Source: an uncultured Gammaproteobacteria bacterium (GTDB lineage: Bacteria > Pseudomonadota > Gammaproteobacteria > JAURND01). Taken from it: 64,000 bases of DNA. The translations under genes were made by a program, and so were the position numbers. Position 1 is the first letter of the stretch, and each line of letters starts with the position of its first letter. The stretch covers positions 672,001 to 736,000 of the forward strand of contig CAVQQD010000002.1 of the NCBI GenBank assembly GCA_963714975.1. The letters are read 5' to 3'. Positions 28,062-37,061 of this stretch are shown here, one piece after another. Under the pieces are notes generated by a model that ran no database searches, had not been told where the DNA came from, and saw nothing but the letters and a program-made list of their open reading frames with translations.

Positions 28062-28067
28062 ATACCA

Positions 28068-29639
28068 ATGCTAAAGCGAGATATTTCAACCACCAATGTA
28101 TTAATTGCAGCCGCTGGCGGGATGATTGGCTCTGGCTGGTTATTTAGCCCTTTTATTAGCGCACAGATGGCTGGGAGCAATGCATTAATCTGCTGGGTTA
28201 TAGCCACCATTTTCATGGTATTTGTTGCCCTGCCATTGTGTGAATTGGGTGCTATGCTGCCCATTTCCGGGGGTATGGCCAATTATCCGACTTTTACCCA
28301 TGGTAAAGAGGTGGGCTTTTTATTTGCTTGGGCTTCTTGGCTATCTTATGTGGTCATGACCCCGATTGAAATCCAAGCTATTTTGCAATATGGCAGTCAT
28401 TTCTTGCCTTGGCTCGTGATTAAAGGGGAAACCGCATTTACCTTATCTGGCTGGGGGTATGGGGTTGCTATCCTCGTGATGTTATTTGTAGTGTTGTTAA
28501 ACACCTTTGGTATTAAATTACTGGCTGAATGTAATAAATACGCTAGCATTATAAAGTTTGCTGTTCCTATTATTGCTGTTATTGCCTTGCTGCACACCTC
28601 GCATTCGTTTGCCAATATCTCTATCAATCTGCATACCAAAGCAAGCTGGATGGGTATTTTTTCCGCCTTATCGACAGGGGGAGTCATTTTTGCTTTTACT
28701 GGATTTCAAAATGGTTTGATGTTGGCGGGCGAAGTACGCAATCCACAAAGAAATATTCCTATTGCCATTTTAGGTGCTGTTTTCATTGGGTTTGTCTTGT
28801 ATTTCCTGCTGCAACTTAGTTTCCTGGCCGCCATCCCAAAGTCGCTACTTAACCATGGTTGGCATCAGCTGGCTTTCGTGGGAGATAGTGGGCCTTTAGT
28901 GGGTTTAACTTTGTTGCTTGGATTGGGGCTAGTGGCCACATTACTCATGATTGATGCCTCTTTTTCGCCTTTTGGCACTACCTTAGTGTATACGGCAGCC
29001 ACCTCGCGTATTTTATACGGCATGGCACTTAACGAACACTTACCTAAGTTCCTGCTTAAGGTTAATCGTTATCGTATCCCTTATATTACTTTGTATATCA
29101 ATTTTGTCGTGGGGATCTTATCGTTTTTGCCTTTTCCAGGATGGCAAAAAATGGTGGCATTTCTTTCCTCGGCCAGTATTCTGTCCTATGGTATTGGGCC
29201 TATTTGCTTGTTAGCATTTCGTAAGTTGCAGCCTGACAGGGCTCGGCCATTTCAATTAAGCGCAGCTGGCCCGTTGTCCTATGTGGGGTTTTATGTGTGT
29301 AATTTAATGCTGTATTGGTGTGGTTTTGACATTATTTGGAAGCTTTTTCTTGCCATTTTGGTGGGTTTACTAATTAATCGAATTTATCAACGTAAAAACC
29401 TGCTTAGCTTCAGTCGCAGCTTAACGTGGTTTTTTAGCTATCTGGCCTGTTTATTGGGACTTTCTTATTTAGGTTCTTTTGGGGGAATTAACCTGCTGTC
29501 ATTTCCTATCGATGTCTTACTCATTTTGCCATTGAGTGTGTTTATGCTCTATCTTTCCCAGCGCTGCCTGGTGACCGAGGAAGATGGATCACCCCTCATC
29601 CGCCTTCGGCACCTTCTCCCACAAGGGGAGGAGGAATAA
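28068..29639 (+). CDS. APC family amino-acid permease
   Basis: GGMIGSGWLF, ELGAMLPISGG, F.FTGF...LAGEVRNPQRNIP; many TM segments. Confidence 0.92.
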   Translation: MLKRDISTTNVLIAAAGGMIGSGWLFSPFISAQMAGSNALICWVIATIFMVFVALPLCELGAMLPISGGMANYPTFTHGKEVGFLFAWASWLSYVVMTPIEIQAILQYGSHFLPWLVIKGETAFTLSGWGYGVAILVMLFVVLLNTFGIKLLAECNKYASIIKFAVPIIAVIALLHTSHSFANISINLHTKASWMGIFSALSTGGVIFAFTGFQNGLMLAGEVRNPQRNIPIAILGAVFIGFVLYFLLQLSFLAAIPKSLLNHGWHQLAFVGDSGPLVGLTLLLGLGLVATLLMIDASFSPFGTTLVYTAATSRILYGMALNEHLPKFLLKVNRYRIPYITLYINFVVGILSFLPFPGWQKMVAFLSSASILSYGIGPICLLAFRKLQPDRARPFQLSAAGPLSYVGFYVCNLMLYWCGFDIIWKLFLAILVGLLINRIYQRKNLLSFSRSLTWFFSYLACLLGLSYLGSFGGINLLSFPIDVLLILPLSVFMLYLSQRCLVTEEDGSPLIRLRHLLPQGEEE

Positions 29640-29670
29640 GGAAGATGGCTCACCCACAAGGGAGAAGGGA
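29591..29670. repeat. boxC-like repeat plus a partial duplicate at the permease 3' end
   Basis: CCCCTCATCCGCCTTCGGCACCTTCTCCCACAAGGGGAG; GGAAGATGG(A/C)TCACCC occurs at 29579 and 29640. Confidence 0.8.
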
Positions 29671-29808
29671 GTATGTCGAAAGTTTATGAGGGGGTTATTT
29701 TTAGGTCCAATTTGTGCTATAATGCCGGCTTTGCAAGGATGAGCAAAATTAAATACTGCCAGTGAGGTGGCAATTATTCTTAATTTTTTTGTTTTGGAAA
29801 TTTAAATC

Positions 29809-30912
29809 GTGAATAAAGTAAAACGTATCAACTGGACTAATACCCTGTTCCTAACCATCACCCCTTTAATAGCCATTTTTGGAACTCTTTTTATTATTCT
29901 AAACCATCAGTTTCATTCAGGAACTGCATGGCTTGCCCTTGGTATGACTATTGTTACCGGGCTTTCCGTCACCGCAGGTTATCATCGTTTGTTTTCTCAT
30001 CGAACCTATAAAGCAAGCTGGCCAGTCCGTGTCTTTTTTCTTTTATTTGGCGCCGGGGCTTTTGAGGGTAGCGCCGTAGAATGGTGTACTGATCATCGTC
30101 GGCATCATCTTTATACCGATACCGATAAAGATCCCTACAACATTAAAAAAGGATTTTGGTATGCCCACCTTGGGTGGTTGATATTTTTGGATACGTCGAA
30201 GCGAGATTTTAATAATGTAAAGGATCTGACTAATGATCCCTTAGTAAAATTCCAGCACCGTTTTTTTGTGTTCCTTGCTTTTATTATGGGCTTTGGATTG
30301 CCCATGGCTATTGCTAGCCTTTGGGGAGATCCTTGGGGAGGCTTAATCATTGCTGGCGCCTTGCGTATTGCTTTTCTGCAGCAGATGACTTTTTGTATTA
30401 ATTCAGTCTGCCATATGTTCGGCAAACGTACTTACTCAGAAAAGCTCAGTGCTCGTGATAATTGGTTTACGGCCTTATTTACTTTTGGGGAAGGTTTCCA
30501 TAATTTTCACCATCAATTTATGTTTGATTATCGTAATGGGATTCGGTTTTACGATTTTGATCCGAGTAAATGGTTAATCCGTGGCTTGGCCTATTTAGGC
30601 TTAGTCAGTGAGCTCAAGTGTGTCAGCCAAAAGCAATTGCTGCAGTATCGGATCCGCAATGAAGAACATCAGCTCATTCATGTAGTTAAACAACATTCAG
30701 AAGCTTTGTTGCACTCGGTAGAACATTGGTTATATCCCTTGCGAGATCGTATCTTAAAAACGGCTGCTTATATTGAGCACTTAGAAATGAAGGTACATAT
30801 AGATCGGCAATACAAGCAATTAAAGGAAGCGCGCTCAGAATTACGAAAATTATTATTACACTGGAGTCAGGTAATACGAAATCCAGAATTGGTCCTTTCT
30901 CTTTCTAGCTAG
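29809..30912 (+). CDS. acyl-CoA delta-9 fatty acid desaturase
   Basis: His boxes HRLFSH, HRRHH and HNFHH; TAGYHR and NSVCH motifs; TGTGCTATAAT extended -10 upstream at ~29713. Confidence 0.92.
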   Translation: MNKVKRINWTNTLFLTITPLIAIFGTLFIILNHQFHSGTAWLALGMTIVTGLSVTAGYHRLFSHRTYKASWPVRVFFLLFGAGAFEGSAVEWCTDHRRHHLYTDTDKDPYNIKKGFWYAHLGWLIFLDTSKRDFNNVKDLTNDPLVKFQHRFFVFLAFIMGFGLPMAIASLWGDPWGGLIIAGALRIAFLQQMTFCINSVCHMFGKRTYSEKLSARDNWFTALFTFGEGFHNFHHQFMFDYRNGIRFYDFDPSKWLIRGLAYLGLVSELKCVSQKQLLQYRIRNEEHQLIHVVKQHSEALLHSVEHWLYPLRDRILKTAAYIEHLEMKVHIDRQYKQLKEARSELRKLLLHWSQVIRNPELVLSLSS

Positions 30913-30966
30913 TCGGGGGATGACACTAGCTAATCGATCGGGATGACGCCTGGGAGCATTCTATCT

Positions 30967-32019
30967 ATGTTACAAGCCTATCGAGAGCAAATTGATGATC
31001 TAGATGCCAAGCTGGTAGAAATGATGAATCAGCGCGCCCAATTGGCCCAAGCCATTGGAAAATTGAAGGCAGGCTCGGTTTATCATCCCGGTCGTGAGTT
31101 AGAAATTTTGCATCATTTACAGCAAATAAACTCAGGGCCATTATCTCACCAGGCTATTGCTCTTACATTTAAGGAATTGATATCGGCTTGTCGGGAATTG
31201 CAAGATGTTTTAACTATTAGTTATCTAGGGCCTCCTGGCACTTTTAGTCAGGCAGCGGTTTTTGCTCATTTTGGCCATGGAGTTAAATTGCATGATTGCA
31301 GTTCAATTGATGAAGTTTTTCGTAGTGTTGTATTGAAGCAAGTGCAATTGGCGGTAGTTCCGGTAGAAAATTCCACTGAAGGCGCAGTAAATAAAACCTT
31401 AGATTTACTCACAACGACAGATTTGCGCATCGTCGGAGAAATAGTATTACCGATTCGGCAGCAATTATTACGCAAGACCAGCACTCTTGAGGGGCTGGAA
31501 AAAATCTATTCGCATCCACAATCCTTGGCACAGTGCAACCAATGGCTTAATAGCCAAGTGCCAAATGTGCAACGAATTCCGGTAGAGAGCAATGCCCAAG
31601 GAGCACGTTTGGCTGCTGAAGATGCGACTGCCGCTGCTATTGCAGGTGAGGTAGCCGCTGAATTGTATCAGCTGCAGGTAGTTGCGGCCGATATTCAAGA
31701 CGACATTAATAACACGACCCGATTTTTGATTTTGGGACATTTGGATAGCGCTCCTACCGGGCAGGATAAAACCTCCTTGGTGGTGGCAATTAAAAATCGC
31801 AGTGGGGCCTTGGTCGATTTGCTCACTCCTTTGTTCCGATATAATGTCAGCATGACTAAATTAGAATCCAGGCCTGCGCATACTGCTTTATGGGAATATT
31901 TATTTTTTATTGATGTGGAAGGGCATGAAAGAGATCCTAATGTAGCGAGTGCCATTACAGAAATGGCTCAGCAAAGTATTTTTATAAAAATATTAGGGTC
32001 GTATCCAAAATATGAATAA
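30967..32019 (+). CDS. pheA: chorismate mutase/prephenate dehydratase (P-protein)
   Basis: R.QID.LD chorismate mutase N-terminus, YLGPPGTFS, VPVENSTEG, SHPQSLAQC, NTTRF, TKLESRP. Confidence 0.95.
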   Translation: MLQAYREQIDDLDAKLVEMMNQRAQLAQAIGKLKAGSVYHPGRELEILHHLQQINSGPLSHQAIALTFKELISACRELQDVLTISYLGPPGTFSQAAVFAHFGHGVKLHDCSSIDEVFRSVVLKQVQLAVVPVENSTEGAVNKTLDLLTTTDLRIVGEIVLPIRQQLLRKTSTLEGLEKIYSHPQSLAQCNQWLNSQVPNVQRIPVESNAQGARLAAEDATAAAIAGEVAAELYQLQVVAADIQDDINNTTRFLILGHLDSAPTGQDKTSLVVAIKNRSGALVDLLTPLFRYNVSMTKLESRPAHTALWEYLFFIDVEGHERDPNVASAITEMAQQSIFIKILGSYPKYE

Positions 32020-32815
32020 GCCACTGTTTGAAAAAGTAGTGATTATTGGAGTTGGGTTGATAGGAGGGTCTTTAGCTAAAGCATTAGTCGCTAATCAGGT
32101 GGTAAGTTTAGTGGTAGGAGTCGATCAAGATACGAAAGACAGCTTGCCGCAGGTTCTGGAGAAAGCGGAAGTTATTATTCTGGCAGTACCGCCGCTGCAG
32201 ATGGAGCAAGTGCTGCAGCAAATAAGCCCATTTTTAGTGGCTGATATGATAATCACTGATGTGTGCAGTGCCAAACAAAAGCCGATTGCTTGGGCAAAAG
32301 AGCATTTAAATGCTTATTATGAGCGCTTTGTTCCTGCCCATCCTATTGCCGGATCAGAAAAATCGGGAGCGTCTTATGCCGGTGCAGACTTATTTCAAAA
32401 TAAGCGCCTTATTATTACCCCAACAGCAGAGACGAATCAGCAGGCTATTGATTCTGTCAGCCAATTGTGGCAACGTTGTGGCGCTGTTGTCACCCAAATG
32501 TCTCCACAATTGCATGATTTTCTTTTTGCTTGGGTGAGCCACTTACCCCATGTTTTGGCCTTTGCTCTTTTAGACTGCATAGTGCAACAAGCGGAACTGC
32601 CTCCTTACCTGGAATATGTAGGCGCTGGATTTCGAGACTTTACCCGCATTGGCAGAAGTAACCCGGTATTGTGGCAAGAAATTTGCGCAATCAATCGAGA
32701 AGAAATTATACAGGCATTAACTCATTATCAATCCGAATTAGCGCAGGTCATTGAAGCCTTACGTCAGGGAGATGATCACAAGTTATTAACCATATTTAAG
32801 GGCGGGAATTCTTAA
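32012..32815 (+). CDS. tyrA: prephenate dehydrogenase
   Basis: IIGVGLIGGS, TDVCSAK, HPIAGSEKSG, HD...A.VSHLPH, GFRDFTRI. Confidence 0.92.
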   Translation: MNKPLFEKVVIIGVGLIGGSLAKALVANQVVSLVVGVDQDTKDSLPQVLEKAEVIILAVPPLQMEQVLQQISPFLVADMIITDVCSAKQKPIAWAKEHLNAYYERFVPAHPIAGSEKSGASYAGADLFQNKRLIITPTAETNQQAIDSVSQLWQRCGAVVTQMSPQLHDFLFAWVSHLPHVLAFALLDCIVQQAELPPYLEYVGAGFRDFTRIGRSNPVLWQEICAINREEIIQALTHYQSELAQVIEALRQGDDHKLLTIFKGGNS

Positions 32816-32875
32816 AGGCACCAGTAATTCCCGCTCTACAATAATTTGACCGACTAAACTATCAGGGGCCATCAA

Positions 32876-34177
32876 ATGAATTATCAGGTTAAACCATCTA
32901 AACTATCAGGGGTCATCAAAATACCGGCTTCCAAATCACATACCTTACGCGCTATTTTATTGGCGAGTATGGCGCAGGGGAAAAGCATCATCCGTGATTA
33001 TTTAGCTTCGCCTGATACCTGGGCTATGGTAACTGCTTGTCAACAAATTGGCGCTAAGATTCAATGTGAGCCGGCGCAACTGATTATTGAAGGTGTGGCC
33101 GGAAAACCAAGCTTACCAGATGACGTGATTAATGCGGGCAATTCTGGTCAAGTTCTGCGTTTTGTAGCCGCAATAACCGCTTTAATTCCAGGCTATACGG
33201 TATTTACCGGCGACCATTCCATCCGCTATAGTCGCCCCATGCAGCCGCTATTAAATGGCATAACTCAACTCGGTGGATTTGCCGAATCAAGCAAGGGCGA
33301 TGGCCACGCCCCTGCAATTATTAAGGGCCCGATTCAACCAGGAACCGCCCGAGTAGAGGGGCAGGATTCTCAAACTGTCTCAGCGTTGCTGATGGCAGCG
33401 GCTTTTTTACCTGGAGAAACGGTGATTGAAGTGGAACATCCTGGAGAAAAACCTTGGGTTAATTTGACCTTACATTGGTTAGCACGCCTCGGAATTGTTT
33501 GCACCCAGCAAAATTTTGAACGCTACATCGTTCGGGGTAATGCTGCTTATCACGGTTTTGATTATACTGTGGCGGGAGATTTAAGTTCGGTCGCTTTCCC
33601 TCTGGGGGCTGCCTTAATCACCGGTTCTGAAATTCAATTAGAAAATGTGGATATGAATGATCCGCAAGGCGATAAGGCTTTGGTTTATGTATTACAACAA
33701 ATGGGCGCTCGTATTGAGATTGAGCCTGCTACTAAGCGCTTGATTGTGAAGAAAAGCCCGCCTTTAATTGGTCAGACGATTGATATCAATGATTTTGTGG
33801 ATGCAATCGCTATTTTGGCGGTAGTGGGTTGCTATGCGGAAGGGAAAACAGAAATTACTGGGGCTGCCATTGCCAAACGTAAAGAGTCGAATCGGGTAGC
33901 AGCCATGGCAGCTGAATTACGCAAAATGGGCGCAAGCGTTACCGAAACCGAAGAGGGTCTCATTGTTCAGCATAGTGACTTAGTGGCAGCCGCAGTGACC
34001 AGCCATCAAGACCATCGCATTGCCATGTCCCTTGCTGTGGCAGGAATGGCCGCCAAGGGTACGACAGAAATTACCGAAGTGGATTGCGTACAAAAAAGCT
34101 ACCCCGAATTTGCCCAAGCAATGCAGCAGTTGGGAGCAGACCTAACCGTAACTCCCCCCTTTGAAAAAGGGGGGTAG
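32876..34177 (+). CDS. aroA: 3-phosphoshikimate 1-carboxyvinyltransferase (EPSP synthase)
   Basis: PASKSHT.R, GNSGQ.LRF, DSQ.VSALL, KESNR, DHRIAM, KSYPEF. Confidence 0.95.
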   Translation: MNYQVKPSKLSGVIKIPASKSHTLRAILLASMAQGKSIIRDYLASPDTWAMVTACQQIGAKIQCEPAQLIIEGVAGKPSLPDDVINAGNSGQVLRFVAAITALIPGYTVFTGDHSIRYSRPMQPLLNGITQLGGFAESSKGDGHAPAIIKGPIQPGTARVEGQDSQTVSALLMAAAFLPGETVIEVEHPGEKPWVNLTLHWLARLGIVCTQQNFERYIVRGNAAYHGFDYTVAGDLSSVAFPLGAALITGSEIQLENVDMNDPQGDKALVYVLQQMGARIEIEPATKRLIVKKSPPLIGQTIDINDFVDAIAILAVVGCYAEGKTEITGAAIAKRKESNRVAAMAAELRKMGASVTETEEGLIVQHSDLVAAAVTSHQDHRIAMSLAVAGMAAKGTTEITEVDCVQKSYPEFAQAMQQLGADLTVTPPFEKGG

Positions 34178-34185
34178 GGGGGATT
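34151..34185. repeat. CCCCCCTTT/AAAGGGGGG palindromic repeat overlapping the aroA stop
   Basis: CTCCCCCCTTTGAAAAAGGGGGGTAGGGGGATTT; inverted relative at 61987-62020. Confidence 0.7.
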
Positions 34186-34189
34186 TACC

Positions 34190-34714
34190 ATGAATATTAT
34201 TTTAATTGGTTTTAAAAAAACCGGAAAAACCACTATTGGTAAAGCATTAGCGAAAGCAATGGGAATGCAATTCCTTGATACCGATCATTGTATTGAAAAT
34301 GATTTTTATCAGACTACCGAGATGAAATTTAGTGCCCGAAAAATTTATGATTGGTTAGGAGGTGAGGCATTTCGCGGCTTAGAAAAACAAGCGATCAAGA
34401 AGTTGCTCCCGATCGAAAATGCGGTTATTTCTACGGGCGGTGGCAGTTTGGTGGATCCTGAAAATGTGGCTAGTTTAAAACAAATCGGGCAATTAATTTA
34501 TTTAAATACTCCTAGCCAAGTGTTATTGGAGCGCTTCCGCCATGGCGGCCAGTTGCCTTCATTTATCGATGAAAATGACATCGAAAATAGTTTTGAAAAA
34601 CTCTATCAAGAAAGACTAACATTGTATCAGGCGAATGCAGATATTATCCTAGATACAGGACACATGAATGTTAATCAAGTGGTTAAAGCAATCATTGCAA
34701 AGTTACGAACCTAG
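34190..34714 (+). CDS. aroK: shikimate kinase
   Basis: GFKKTGKTTIG P-loop, DTD, GGEAFRGLE, ISTGGG. Confidence 0.92.
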   Translation: MNIILIGFKKTGKTTIGKALAKAMGMQFLDTDHCIENDFYQTTEMKFSARKIYDWLGGEAFRGLEKQAIKKLLPIENAVISTGGGSLVDPENVASLKQIGQLIYLNTPSQVLLERFRHGGQLPSFIDENDIENSFEKLYQERLTLYQANADIILDTGHMNVNQVVKAIIAKLRT

Positions 34715-34725
34715 GAGTAAACCCC

Positions 34726-35826
34726 ATGTCCAGTAATTCATTTGGAAATATTTTTCGCATCACCACCTTTGGTGAATCTCATGGCAAAGGAATTGGTGTC
34801 GTGATCGATGGTTGTCCCGCAGGATTAGCCCTAGAGGATGAAGATATCAACCAAGCCTTGGCCTTACGTGCTCCAGGTCGAAATCCCTATACTTCGCCAC
34901 GACAAGAAGCGGATCGAGCCGAAATTTATTCTGGGGTTTTTCAAGGAACAACCACGGGCGCTCCCATCGCCATCATTATCCTCAATAAAGATGCCGATTC
35001 CACTAAATACGAACCGATAAAAAATTTATTGCGCCCGGGCCATGCTAATTTTACCTATCTGGAAAAGTATGGCATTTTTGACTACCGTGGCGGAGGGCGT
35101 TCCTCAGCTCGTGAAACTGCCTGTCGGGTAGCTGCTGCCGCGGTGGCGAATAAATTATTAGCAACGGCAGGTATTACGGTAGCGGCTTATTTATCTGCAG
35201 TCGCGCAAATAAAAGCCAGCGTCAAACTGGATACTCCTTTAGAGCAGTGGCTTCCCAATATTTTACAAAGCCCTATTTTTTGCCCTGATCCAGTAGCCGA
35301 AACGCAAATGCAAGACTTGATCCTAAAAGCAAAGGAGCAAGGTGATTCCTTAGGTGGGGTGGCCACATTTGTGGCGACTGGCTTACCTGTGGGCCTAGGG
35401 GATCCGATCTATGAAAAAATAGAAGCCAACCTGGCTAAAGCCATGATGAGTTTACCGGCTACTAAAGGGTTTGAAATGGGAGAGGGTTTTCATGCCGTAG
35501 AAATGCATGGTTCCGAACATAATGATCCATTTATTATGGCTGAGGCGGAGCATAAAATCAGACCGGCAAGTAATTATGCCGGCGGAACCTTGGGTGGAAT
35601 AACTACAGGCCTGCCCTTATTAGGCCGGGTAGCGTTTAAGCCGACTTCCAGCATTACCAAGCCGCAAACCACCGTCAACTTAGCAGGGGATGCTAAACCC
35701 TTTAACTTGCCTGAAGGATCACGCCATGATCCCTGTGTCGCCATTCGTGGGGTACCCTGTGTCGCGGCGATGTGCTCTTTGGTGTTGGCGGACGCACTCC
35801 TATTGAATCGTTGTGTCAGGCTATGA
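34726..35826 (+). CDS. aroC: chorismate synthase
   Basis: TTFGESHG, RPGHA, RGGGRSSARET, FKPTSSI, RHDPCV. Confidence 0.96.
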   Translation: MSSNSFGNIFRITTFGESHGKGIGVVIDGCPAGLALEDEDINQALALRAPGRNPYTSPRQEADRAEIYSGVFQGTTTGAPIAIIILNKDADSTKYEPIKNLLRPGHANFTYLEKYGIFDYRGGGRSSARETACRVAAAAVANKLLATAGITVAAYLSAVAQIKASVKLDTPLEQWLPNILQSPIFCPDPVAETQMQDLILKAKEQGDSLGGVATFVATGLPVGLGDPIYEKIEANLAKAMMSLPATKGFEMGEGFHAVEMHGSEHNDPFIMAEAEHKIRPASNYAGGTLGGITTGLPLLGRVAFKPTSSITKPQTTVNLAGDAKPFNLPEGSRHDPCVAIRGVPCVAAMCSLVLADALLLNRCVRL

Positions 35827-36932
35827 AGACCTTATTAGTTCAGGCGGTAAGACCTTATTCTATCTATATCGCACCCGGCTTGCTAGACTCCTCTTTTTTA
35901 GTTGAGAAAATCCGCCCGCTAGGGCATCGGTTTGTAATCATTAGTGATTCTCAAGTCGCCGAATTGCTAGGCGAGCCTTGGTTAATTTTCTTATGTTCCC
36001 AGGGTTTGACTGTGGGTCTCATCAAATTTCCTAGTGGAGAAGCGTTCAAAACTCGCCAGACTAAGCAGCAACTTGAGGATGAATTATTTTTATTAAGCTG
36101 CCAGCGTGATACGGTCATTTTAGCCCTGGGAGGCGGGGTGGTTACGGATTTAGCTGGTTTTGTTGCCGCTACTTATTATCGTGGTATACCGGTTGTATAT
36201 ATCCCGACCAGCTTATTGGCCATGGTCGATGCGAGCATTGGCGGGAAAACCGCAGTCGACACTCCTTATGGTAAAAATTTAATTGGGGCATTTAGTTCAC
36301 CACGAGACGTATTTATCGATCCCAGCTTATTGCAAAGCTTACCAGAGCGAGAATTACGCAATGGCGCAGTTGAAATGATTAAGCACGCATTGATTGCTGA
36401 TCCGGATTTGTTTTTGCAATTACAACAACAACGCGAAGCCTTCTTCGCCTGTGACCCATTGATTCTCCAAGATTTAATTGAACGAAATTGCCAAATAAAA
36501 CGCCATGTTGTAGAGATAGATGAAATGGAGCAAGGTTTGCGGCAATTATTAAATTTTGGGCACACGATAGGACATGCCATAGAAAATCTAGATCAGTACC
36601 AAATACAGCATGGCGAAGCCGTTGCGATCGGCCTTATTTTAGAGAGTTTTCTTTCTCACCGGCGTGGTTATTTGTCCGCGGAAAATTTAAAAAAAATTCA
36701 AGAGATTATTTTTGCTTATGGAGTTAATTTGCAAACTACTGCATTGCAAGATGAGAACGCGTTTTGGCAGGCTTTAACTTATGATAAAAAAGCCAAAGCA
36801 GGGCAGGTACAAGTCGTAATGCTCGATGACATTGGTAAACCTCATCATGAACAAAATCAGGTTACCGTCAGCATTTCTCGAGAGGAAATAGCTGTTATGT
36901 TGCGAGAATCTGCTAGTTTATTGAATCATTAA
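35823..36932 (+). CDS. aroB: 3-dehydroquinate synthase
   Basis: GE..K, LGGGVVTDLAGFVAATY.RG, PTSLLAMVDASIGGKT, LNFGHTIGHAIE, HGEAVAIG; ATG overlaps the aroC stop. Confidence 0.95.
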   Translation: MKTLLVQAVRPYSIYIAPGLLDSSFLVEKIRPLGHRFVIISDSQVAELLGEPWLIFLCSQGLTVGLIKFPSGEAFKTRQTKQQLEDELFLLSCQRDTVILALGGGVVTDLAGFVAATYYRGIPVVYIPTSLLAMVDASIGGKTAVDTPYGKNLIGAFSSPRDVFIDPSLLQSLPERELRNGAVEMIKHALIADPDLFLQLQQQREAFFACDPLILQDLIERNCQIKRHVVEIDEMEQGLRQLLNFGHTIGHAIENLDQYQIQHGEAVAIGLILESFLSHRRGYLSAENLKKIQEIIFAYGVNLQTTALQDENAFWQALTYDKKAKAGQVQVVMLDDIGKPHHEQNQVTVSISREEIAVMLRESASLLNH

Positions 36933-36957
36933 AAATCACATGATCCATATTAAAAAT

Positions 36958-36998
36958 GGTTCTATGTAGAATCGAGTGGGTAGATTCTACATAGAACC
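36958..36998. repeat. perfect 16-bp inverted repeat at the left edge of the insert (terminator or collapsed MITE)
   Basis: GGTTCTATGTAGAATC-N9-GATTCTACATAGAACC. Confidence 0.65.
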
Positions 36999-37061
36999 TA
37001 ATTTTCCCTTAATCTAGCTCTGGTACAATCTGGCTTGTACCATGAACAGAGGGTGTAAAAA

